Positions 15,288 to 22,532 of a stretch of DNA of 24,000 nucleotides are shown here, one piece after another. Origin of the DNA: Gammaproteobacteria bacterium Milos-ODIII6 (GTDB taxonomy: Bacteria; Pseudomonadota; Gammaproteobacteria; Chromatiales; Chromatiaceae); the NCBI GenBank assembly GCA_029228645.1, contig JAPTHR010000001.1, positions 278,925 to 302,924 of the forward strand. The letters are read 5' to 3'. The position numbers and the translations under genes were made by a program. The notes under the pieces were generated by a model. The model was given only the letters and a program-made list of their open reading frames with translations. It ran no database searches and was not told where the DNA came from. Numbering within the stretch: position 1 is the first letter of the stretch; each line of letters begins with the position of its first letter.

Positions 15288-18113
15288 TTATCCGCGGTCC
15301 GGTTGGTCTTTGGGGATCGCGGGGTGATCCGGGCGTGGCCGGTCGAGGTGATATCCCTGCGCCATATTGACCCCGAAGCGGTCGAGCATCCGCAGGACCG
15401 CCTCGCTGTCGACGAACTCGGCCACGGTGACCTTGCGCAGGCCGGTGGCGACATCCAGCATGGCGCGCAGGAATATCTGGTTTTCGGGATTATTGGGCAG
15501 GTCGTGGATGAACTGGCCGTCGATCTTGAGCACGTCGGCATTGATATGCTTCAGATAGGCGAAGGAGGAAAAGCCGGAGCCGAAGTCGTCCAGGCAGACC
15601 CGGCAGCCTGTCTGGTGCAGGGCCTCGATGAAGCGCTGCGCATCCTGGACGTCGGATACCGCCGCGGTCTCGGTCAGTTCGATCATCAGGCGTTCCGGTT
15701 CCACCGCGTTTTGCGACAGCCAGCGGCGAATCCGTTGCGGCAGCGAGGGGTCGTCGAAGGACCGGCCGGAGATGTTGACCGCGACCGCCGGCATCTCGAC
15801 GTGACGTCCCAACAACTCGATCACGTTGCGCAGCACCCATTGGTCGATCGCCAGGATCTTGCCGTTCTTCTCGGCAAACGGGATGAACTGCCCCGGCATG
15901 AAGAGCTTGCCCTCCTGGTCTGTATCCCGCAGCCTCACGAGCGCCTCGAGGTGCGCGAGGGAGCGGTCCGCGACGCGATACACGCCCTGGTAGTGCAGTT
16001 CGAACAGGTCGTGCTCCAGGCCATGCTCTATCCGCTGGGTCCAGTTCATGTGCGCCATCATGGTGACCGAGGCGTCCCGTTCGCGGTCGTAAAGCGACCA
16101 GGTGTTCTTGCCCTGGGCCTTGGCCTGATACATGGCGGCATCCGCCTGCGCGATCAGGACCTCCGGATCCTGGGTCATGTCGGGATAGATCGCGATCCCG
16201 ACACTGGTGGTCATGCGGATGTTCTGTGTCTGGAAGCGGAAGGGTATGCGCGCGACCGCGGTGACAATGCGCTGGGCCAGTTGCTTTACCTCGTCGAGGT
16301 CCTCGTCGATCAGGGTGATCACGGCGAATTCATCGCCACCGAGGCGGGCGAACACGTCGTTCTTGCGAATCACCTTGCCCAGCTCGCCCGCGATGCGGGT
16401 CAGTACGGTGTCGCCTTCACGATGTCCGTAGCTGTCGTTGATGAGCTTGAATTCATCCAGATCGAAGTAGAGCAGGGCGAATTGGTGCTTGAAGCGTTTT
16501 GCGAGGCCGATCATGCGTTCCATCTCGGTCTGAAAGCGGTGCCGGTTGTACAGTCCGGTCAGCGAATCGCGTTCTGCGAGATAGATCAGTTGTTCCGCGG
16601 TCTGACGATCGTGGGTGACGTCCTCGTACAGCCACAGGCGACCGATGGGAATACCCTCTCGGTCCTGCACCGGGTAGGAGACCTGCGCCAGCGTGCGCCC
16701 ATCGCTCAGCTCGATCTCGTCCAGGCGGTCGACAGTCTCCGCCAGTTTGGCCGACCCCAGCAGGCGTGGCGGGCTGTCCGTCTCTCCGATCAGCTGGTGC
16801 CGGAATCGCTCGATCACCGCTTCAACGGACAGGTCCACGAGATTGTCCTGTGGCTCGAGTCCCCACATCTCGCGGAAAGCGGGGTTCACGAACTCGACCC
16901 GCCGGTCCGAGGTTTCGAACAGGATGCCGATACTCATCGCGGACAACAAGGCGCGAAAACGCGCCTGCTGTTGGTCCGAGTGGCGGCGCAATTCCCGCTC
17001 ACGCGCCTCGCCGGTGCGCAGCTCCTCGAGCGTCTGTTTCACGACTTCCTGCGAGCGGATTCTTTCGGTGACATCAATGAAGGAGGCGCGCTTGCCTCGC
17101 GGTACGCCGGCGCTATCCAGAACCGGCTGCCAGTAGACGGCGAGGCTCACCCTGGCTCCGTCCTTGCGTCTCAGGATGCACTCGTGGTTCTCGCCTCCCT
17201 CCTCCTGCAACAGCTGTTGCCAGTCGGAGGGGGTCCGGGTGGTATCGTCGGGGAACAGCGGCTGCGGGAAATCCTGCATCGCCAGTAGCTCTTCCGCCGA
17301 GTAGCCGGTCACCCGCTGGGCCGATGGGTTGGTCCAGATCAGGTGGTTGGCGTGGTCGAGCCATATCTCCCAGGCGAAGGTGTGGTCTGCGATCGCACGC
17401 AGGCGGGCCTTCTCTTGCTCATGCCCCTGAATACGTTCCTGCAGGGCCCGCACCATGCCATTGAAGGACTCGGCCAGGCGTCCGATTTCGTCCCTCGCGC
17501 CGCGCGTGTCCACCGTCAGGAGCTCGCCCCGGGAGACGGCCTGCGCCGCGACGTCGAGCCGCCGCAGCCGCCGCGTGTAGTACCACAGGATCAGCCCGAT
17601 GAGGATTGTGGACAGGATCAGGTAAAGAATCCCGGTCAGCAGGGTTGAGCCGGTCAGTTGTTGTTTGAAGCGGTGCAGCGGCGAGAGCTGGATCCCGAAC
17701 CGGACGCGCCCCACCTCCTCGCCGGCGAGGCGCACCGGGAAGCTGTCGCCCTGGGGCTCCCCGGCGCCTGCGGCGTGCTCCAAGGCAGCGGCGGGATCGC
17801 CTACCCGCACCAGGGTCTTGCCATCGGGATCGGACACCACGAGATAAGTAATCAAGGGGTTGTCCGCGTGGATCTGGAAGCTTCGCTGGCGCAGTGCGCC
17901 GATATCCTCGGCGAACAGGGCGGGCGCCAAGGCGTTGTTGATCAGCGACTCCATTGGCTCGGTCAGGCGCTCGAACTGTGCATGCGCGTAGCCGCTGAGT
18001 GCCTGCTGCAGGCCTGTCGCGAGCGCGAGTATCACTATCCCCTGCATCACCAGGATCAGGATCAGGATACGGGCGGCAAGCGGGATATGACGACGTCCTG
18101 GGTCCGTGCTCAC
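15288..18113 (-). CDS. membrane sensor diguanylate cyclase/phosphodiesterase (TM-periplasmic domain-TM-HAMP-PAS-PAS-GGDEF-EAL)
   Basis: The 941-aa ORF has two TM helices flanking a ~120-aa periplasmic segment, a HAMP domain (EIGRLAESFNGMV) and two PAS-like regions. The GGDEF motif is intact (codons 16326-16340) with an RKND I-site 5 aa upstream (16356-16367). The EAL domain carries EALVR (15939-15947), DDFGSGFSS, KIDGQF and QGY. The GTG start overlaps the upstream stop (GTGA). Confidence 0.93.
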   Translation of the reverse strand: MSTDPGRRHIPLAARILILILVMQGIVILALATGLQQALSGYAHAQFERLTEPMESLINNALAPALFAEDIGALRQRSFQIHADNPLITYLVVSDPDGKTLVRVGDPAAALEHAAGAGEPQGDSFPVRLAGEEVGRVRFGIQLSPLHRFKQQLTGSTLLTGILYLILSTILIGLILWYYTRRLRRLDVAAQAVSRGELLTVDTRGARDEIGRLAESFNGMVRALQERIQGHEQEKARLRAIADHTFAWEIWLDHANHLIWTNPSAQRVTGYSAEELLAMQDFPQPLFPDDTTRTPSDWQQLLQEEGGENHECILRRKDGARVSLAVYWQPVLDSAGVPRGKRASFIDVTERIRSQEVVKQTLEELRTGEARERELRRHSDQQQARFRALLSAMSIGILFETSDRRVEFVNPAFREMWGLEPQDNLVDLSVEAVIERFRHQLIGETDSPPRLLGSAKLAETVDRLDEIELSDGRTLAQVSYPVQDREGIPIGRLWLYEDVTHDRQTAEQLIYLAERDSLTGLYNRHRFQTEMERMIGLAKRFKHQFALLYFDLDEFKLINDSYGHREGDTVLTRIAGELGKVIRKNDVFARLGGDEFAVITLIDEDLDEVKQLAQRIVTAVARIPFRFQTQNIRMTTSVGIAIYPDMTQDPEVLIAQADAAMYQAKAQGKNTWSLYDRERDASVTMMAHMNWTQRIEHGLEHDLFELHYQGVYRVADRSLAHLEALVRLRDTDQEGKLFMPGQFIPFAEKNGKILAIDQWVLRNVIELLGRHVEMPAVAVNISGRSFDDPSLPQRIRRWLSQNAVEPERLMIELTETAAVSDVQDAQRFIEALHQTGCRVCLDDFGSGFSSFAYLKHINADVLKIDGQFIHDLPNNPENQIFLRAMLDVATGLRKVTVAEFVDSEAVLRMLDRFGVNMAQGYHLDRPRPDHPAIPKDQPDRG

Positions 18114-18943
18114 GGGATTCCTGCGCTCCTGATCCTTTCGAGGAAGACGTCGAGCTGCGCATTATCCTGGGCGCTGGGCTCGCGCAGGCCCTCCAGGCCG
18201 GTTGCAGTGAAGTAGGCCTCTCCCTGGGGGCTATTCCCGAAACTGAACAGCGCATCGCGGATCCTGTCCTGGACCTCCGCGGGCAGTTCGCTGTGCAGCA
18301 ATACGGCGAAGCCGGGAATGGATTTCGATTCGCCGATGATCTGCAGCTTTCCCTTTCCCGGGACCTGGTAGCGTAACCAGGTTGGCAGGCCCACCGCGGC
18401 CGCATCCGCCTCGCCACGCAGGACGGCAAACAGGGCCTTGTCGTGCGATGGCTTGGCCAGCAGTTGCAGCCTGCCACGTGCAGGCAGGCCGATACCTTCG
18501 AGTGTATCGAGCGCCAGGTGATGAATGATTGCCTGTGGCGGCGGCAGCGCCAGAACCTTGCCGGTGAGCGCATCCAGCCCATTCAGGCCAGAGTCGATCC
18601 GGGCCACGAATACCGCGCGGGAACGATTGCGGGTAAAGCCCAACAAGCGGTAGCCATGTTCCTTTTGCGCAGTGCGGCCAAGGTGCGGCGCGGTGATCAG
18701 CACATCGTAGCGACCCGCTGCGGTGCGTTCGATGAAGCGATCGAAGTCGGGCGCGGAAACCAGTCGGGTCGGCTGACCGGTCGCCTCCTGCAGAAAATCC
18801 TTGAGCGGCTTGTGCAGACGCACCAGCTGTTCCGGCGAATGGTAGGGAAAAACGCCCATGCGAAGCTGGCCCCCGGGAGACGCAAGCGCGTGCAGACCGA
18901 GTGACAGCAGCGTGACAGTGAAAAGAAGTTTCTTCAGGAGCAT
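18110..18943 (-). CDS. periplasmic substrate-binding protein, PhnD-like (phosphonate-binding-type fold)
   Basis: The 277-aa ORF has a signal peptide (MLLKKLLFTVTLLSLGLHALA) followed by LRMGVFPY.SPEQL...PL..FL....G....LV.APDF..F.....AG.YD.......L, the pattern of PhnD-type SBPs associated with sensors. No ABC permease or ATPase genes are nearby. Confidence 0.8.
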   Translation of the reverse strand: MLLKKLLFTVTLLSLGLHALASPGGQLRMGVFPYHSPEQLVRLHKPLKDFLQEATGQPTRLVSAPDFDRFIERTAAGRYDVLITAPHLGRTAQKEHGYRLLGFTRNRSRAVFVARIDSGLNGLDALTGKVLALPPPQAIIHHLALDTLEGIGLPARGRLQLLAKPSHDKALFAVLRGEADAAAVGLPTWLRYQVPGKGKLQIIGESKSIPGFAVLLHSELPAEVQDRIRDALFSFGNSPQGEAYFTATGLEGLREPSAQDNAQLDVFLERIRSAGIP

Positions 18944-18963
18944 ATCCCTGCCACCGAGTCGTC

Positions 18964-19872
18964 CTAGCGACGCCGTTTTCGTGCCCTTGGGTGGGACTTG
19001 TCGTAGACCTGCGCGAGATGCTGGAAGTCCAGGTGAGTATAGACTTGGGTAGTGCTTATATCGGCGTGCCCAAGAAGCTCTTGAACGGCGCGCAGGTCGC
19101 CAGAGGACTCGAGCAGGTGACTGGCGAAAGAGTGTCGCAGCATATGCGGATGGACGTGGCGCGGCATCCCTTGCTGGCGCGCCTGCAGCGCAACCCGCTG
19201 TTCAATGGCCCGCCGGCTCAGGCGCGAGCCGCGCTGGCTGACGAACAGGGCGGTTTCTCCCTCCCGGGCAAGCTGCGGACGTACCCGCAGCCAGGCATCG
19301 ATGGCCGCGAGCGCCTTGGATCCGATCGGTACACGCCGGGTCTTTGCTCCCTTGCCAGTGATTTCGAGGAGACCATCCGAGGTCTGCACTTGGGCCACGT
19401 CGAGCATCGCCAGTTCGCTGAGGCGCAAACCGCTGGAATAGAACAGCTCGAGGGCGGCCAGGTCGCGCTGATCGAGGGGACTGCTCTCCCGGATTTCCAT
19501 CAGCCGACCGACCTGGTCCACGTCGAGCGTGGCCGGCAGCCGCCGTCCGCTCCGGGGCGCGCGCATCCCCTCAGCGGGGTTACCCGGGACGCGCCTCTCG
19601 CGCAGGAGAAAGCGGAATATGCCGCGCAAGGCGGACAGTTGGCGAGCCAGGCTGGTACCCGAGATGCCGCTGCGATGCCGCTCTGCGCTGAAGCGCCGGA
19701 TCTGCTGTTGTGCAACCGGCTCCCAGGCGGGGCATTGCTGCTGCTCGCACCAGTCGAGGTAGCCGCCGATGTCACGCCGGTAGGCATCCAGGGTGCGTGC
19801 CGAGAGGCGGCGCTCGAAGCGCAGGTAGTCGAGGTAGTCCTGCAGCCAGCTGCGGTCTGCAGAGGCGGGCAT
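18964..19872 (-). CDS. xerC: site-specific tyrosine recombinase XerC
   Basis: The 302-aa ORF has the C-terminal catalytic block HVHPHMLRHSFASHLLESSGDLRAVQELLGHADISTTQVYTHLDFQHLAQVYDKSHPRA, matching E. coli XerC. The dapF-DUF484-xerC synteny also supports the call. Confidence 0.93.
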   Translation of the reverse strand: MPASADRSWLQDYLDYLRFERRLSARTLDAYRRDIGGYLDWCEQQQCPAWEPVAQQQIRRFSAERHRSGISGTSLARQLSALRGIFRFLLRERRVPGNPAEGMRAPRSGRRLPATLDVDQVGRLMEIRESSPLDQRDLAALELFYSSGLRLSELAMLDVAQVQTSDGLLEITGKGAKTRRVPIGSKALAAIDAWLRVRPQLAREGETALFVSQRGSRLSRRAIEQRVALQARQQGMPRHVHPHMLRHSFASHLLESSGDLRAVQELLGHADISTTQVYTHLDFQHLAQVYDKSHPRARKRRR

Positions 19873-19877
19873 GGGAG

Positions 19878-20564
19878 TCAGGTGCCCGGGCTGGAAACCG
19901 CCACCAGGGTGGCGCTGACGATGTCGGCCAGGCGGTGCAGGAAATCCACGCTCTTGCCGGAACTGAAGCGATCCGGATCGTGGCTGCCGATCGCCAGTAT
20001 TCCGACCAGGGGCGCGGCGTGCAGGGGTATGAGGGCCACCGAGCCGGTTTCTCCCGCCTGGGCTCCGAAGAGATACTCCATCTGCTCTGCAGGCAGGGGA
20101 CCGCAGTTCGGGCGCTCCTTCTGAATGAAATCCCGGAACATCGCCGGTCCCGCCTCGCCGGCATGGGCCGCCAGCTCGTCCCCGGAGAACAGCTTCATTT
20201 CGACCGCATCCGCCCCGAACAGGTTGCGCAACTCGTCCTGCAGGGTATTCAGTACTTCGTCGAAGCTGCGGGTTTCGATCAGGGCGAGCGTCAGTCGATG
20301 CAGGCGCTTGACGAGCGCATCGTTCTCGCGCGCGATCTGTACCAGGGATTCGAGTTGAGCGCGGTAGCTACGGTTCTGTTCACGCAGGGTACGCACCTGG
20401 CGTTCGATCAGGGAGACCGCGTCGCCGGTGGGGTGGGGGATATCTATCTGCGCCAGCACCTCGGGGTGGTGCACCAGGAAATCGGGATGAGCGACAAGGA
20501 ATTCCACAACCTGCTCTCCCAGGCCGTCCTGCGCAAGCTGCTTGTCATCCTGTCCGAGACTCAT
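19878..20564 (-). CDS. yigA: DUF484 family protein (YigA-like)
   Basis: The 228-aa ORF has V.EFL..HPDF...[22 protein letters not shown] followed by a GAF-like C-terminal half. It lies between dapF and xerC, and its start overlaps the dapF stop (ATGA). Confidence 0.9.
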   Translation of the reverse strand: MSLGQDDKQLAQDGLGEQVVEFLVAHPDFLVHHPEVLAQIDIPHPTGDAVSLIERQVRTLREQNRSYRAQLESLVQIARENDALVKRLHRLTLALIETRSFDEVLNTLQDELRNLFGADAVEMKLFSGDELAAHAGEAGPAMFRDFIQKERPNCGPLPAEQMEYLFGAQAGETGSVALIPLHAAPLVGILAIGSHDPDRFSSGKSVDFLHRLADIVSATLVAVSSPGT

Positions 20565-21391
20565 AAATCGATCTTACCTTCGAAGACCTCCACGGCCGGG
20601 CCGGTCATCCATACGGGTTCGCTTTCTCCCGGCCAGCTTATCACAAGATCCCCGCCCGGAAGGTGGACCAGCACGCGCTCGTCCAGCAGGCCTCGCAGGC
20701 GCCCGGCCACGACTGCCGCACAGGCGCCGGTGCCACAGGCAAGGGTCTCGCCGGCGCCACGTTCGTACACGCGCAGGTCGATTTCGTCACGCGCGCGAAC
20801 GTGCATGAATCCGACGTTGACCCGTTGTGGAAAAGCCGGGTGGGATTCGAGCACCGGACCGAGCTCCTGAACCGGGGCCTGGTCGACGCTATCGACCACG
20901 AGCACCGCGTGCGGGTTGCCCATCGACACGGCGCTGAACTCGACCACCCGTTCCGCTATTGCCAGGCGGTAAACCGTTGCGCGATGGCCGGCCTCGAAGG
21001 GCAGGGACCTTGGCTCCAGCGCCGGGGCGCCCATATTCACTTTCACCTGCTCGTCCTCGAGCACGTGCAACTCGATCGGGCCGGCTGCCGTTCCCACCGG
21101 AATGACCGTCTTGCTGGTCAGGCCATGGCTGCGTACGAAGCGCGCGAAGCAGCGTGCCCCGTTACCGCACTGCTCGACTTCGGAACCGTCCGCGTTGAAG
21201 ATCCGGTAAAAGAAGTCAGTACCCGGCTCCCGCGGTGGCTCCACCAGCAGAACCTGATCGCATCCCACGCCGAAGCGACGGTCGGCGAGTCGGCGTATCT
21301 GCTGCGGACTGAGAGCCAGGCCCGATCGGGTCGCGTCGAATACGATGAAATCGTTGCCCAGGCCCTGCATTTTGCTAAACGAATATTTCAT
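20561..21391 (-). CDS. dapF: diaminopimelate epimerase
   Basis: The 276-aa ORF has [45 protein letters not shown] and [18 protein letters not shown]. Both catalytic Cys motifs are present. Confidence 0.95.
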   Translation of the reverse strand: MKYSFSKMQGLGNDFIVFDATRSGLALSPQQIRRLADRRFGVGCDQVLLVEPPREPGTDFFYRIFNADGSEVEQCGNGARCFARFVRSHGLTSKTVIPVGTAAGPIELHVLEDEQVKVNMGAPALEPRSLPFEAGHRATVYRLAIAERVVEFSAVSMGNPHAVLVVDSVDQAPVQELGPVLESHPAFPQRVNVGFMHVRARDEIDLRVYERGAGETLACGTGACAAVVAGRLRGLLDERVLVHLPGGDLVISWPGESEPVWMTGPAVEVFEGKIDL

Positions 21392-21453
21392 GCAGAAAGT
21401 CTATCATTGGCATGTTGGCCGGCAGCAGTGCCGCACTGACCGCGTCAGGCAGG

Positions 21454-21478
21454 CATGTTTGGCTATGCCCCAAACATG
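21454..21478. promoter_or_regulatory. perfect 9-bp inverted repeat (candidate operator) in the dapF / H1-like divergent region
   Basis: CATGTTTGG (21454-21462) and CCAAACATG (21470-21478) are separated by a 7-nt spacer. A third half-site-like copy, GGCATGTTGG, lies at 21407-21416. Confidence 0.3.
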
Positions 21479-21564
21479 GCGCCCGGCGGCCGAAGTGTCC
21501 TGTCTCTGTTTGTGCGGCAAACCTATCCTCCGCCACTGTATTCCGACTTCGCAAGGAACATCCC

Positions 21565-21981
21565 ATGAGCAGTACCAAAGACGAAACCGAATCCACCTCT
21601 GGCAAGAAGAAAGTCGCCAGCAAGAAAGCGACCAGCAAGAAAGTCACTCAGAAAAAGACCGCCAAGAAAAAAGTCGCCAAAAAGAAAGTTGCCAAAAAGA
21701 AAGTCGCTGTGGCGAAAAAGACGGTAGCAAAGAAGGCCACCAGCAAGAAGGCGGTAGCCGGCAAACCGGCACCGCGCAAAAAGGCCGCCAGGAAGGTTGC
21801 TGCAAAAGCGCGCGCAAGGAAAACCATCAGTTATGCGGAATACCGCGGACGGGTCGCCATGGCGGCGTACTACATCGCGGAGCAGCGCCTGTTCGAGCAT
21901 GGCCTACCGGAAGAGGATTGGCTCGCGGCGGAGCAGCAGATACAGGCAGCGCTGGCCGCAGAAGGGATTGTCATTGAGTAG
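21565..21981 (+). CDS. lysine/alanine-rich histone H1-like protein with C-terminal DUF2934-like domain
   Basis: ATG 21565 has AAGGAA 6 nt upstream and gives a 138-aa product. Residues ~13-86 are KKVA/KKAT-type repeats; by my hand count there are about 31 Lys and 4 Arg in the first 88 residues. Residues ~88-128 read ISYAEYRGRVAMAAYYIAEQRLFEHGLPEEDWLAAEQQI, which fits the AY.IAE.RGF..G...EDWL.AE signature I recall for DUF2934. The track ORF start at 21412 is over-extended. Confidence 0.8.
   Translation: MSSTKDETESTSGKKKVASKKATSKKVTQKKTAKKKVAKKKVAKKKVAVAKKTVAKKATSKKAVAGKPAPRKKAARKVAAKARARKTISYAEYRGRVAMAAYYIAEQRLFEHGLPEEDWLAAEQQIQAALAAEGIVIE
21661..21705 (+). repeat. 3 tandem 15-nt units GCCAA(G/A)AA(A/G)AAAGT(C/T) encoding AKKKV
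   Basis: The units lie at 21661-21675, 21676-21690 and 21691-21705. They are embedded in a longer degenerate AAGAA(A/G)G(T/C)N repeat tract spanning about 21598-21780. Confidence 0.85.
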
Positions 21982-22026
21982 CGCGCGGGTCGTTTTCGTG
22001 CGCGCGATCAACCAGGGGGGAGCAGA

Positions 22027-22479
22027 ATGAAAAAACTACTCGTGTTGCTGTTTTTGTTGTTGTTATTGGCCGCCGCAGCGCCGCCGCTGGCTTACTGGGT
22101 CGGCCTGGACAACACGGTTGGCCGACCTGTTCCCCCGAACGTGCCGTATGACAATGTGGATGCCGGCAGGGTCTGGCTGGAGCGCAAGGAAGCGCTTCCG
22201 GTACAACTGCGACCGATCACGCCCTGGCACTGGTATGAACTGCTGTGGTGCTCGCGCAAGGACGACAAGCCAGAGGACTTCCTCACCTGCGGCGACCGGT
22301 ATCCCGGGCTGCGTGCATCCGGCTTCGTGGCCAAGGAATACCTGATCGAGAACAGCAAGCAGAGCGGGCTGCTGTGGCGCTACGTGTCACGCACCGCGCT
22401 GACGATCTGGATAACGCAGAACTGGAACGAACGCGATCTCGTGGCCGAGCTCATTCGCTTGCGCAAACTGGGACGATGA
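22027..22479 (+). CDS. hypothetical secreted or membrane-anchored protein
   Basis: The 150-aa ORF has GGGGAG 5 nt upstream of the ATG and a strongly hydrophobic N-terminus (MKKLLVLLFLLLLLAAAAPPLA). It has two Cys 19 residues apart (WCSRK...FLTCGD). No family was recognised with confidence. Confidence 0.65.
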   Translation: MKKLLVLLFLLLLLAAAAPPLAYWVGLDNTVGRPVPPNVPYDNVDAGRVWLERKEALPVQLRPITPWHWYELLWCSRKDDKPEDFLTCGDRYPGLRASGFVAKEYLIENSKQSGLLWRYVSRTALTIWITQNWNERDLVAELIRLRKLGR

Positions 22480-22532
22480 GCGTTTCGCAGCCGTTGCGGA
22501 GCCGGTCTGGGCGGCGCGATCATCCCGGATAC

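Noticed and set aside
15250-15420. Search for a sigma32 (CTTGAA-N13-17-CCCCATNT) or sigma70 promoter for hslVU.
   Set aside because: I read the minus strand base by base. Only ATCCCCAAAG (15311-15320) vaguely resembles a -10 element, and it has no -35 partner. No promoter is annotated, and the negative result is reported as a finding instead.
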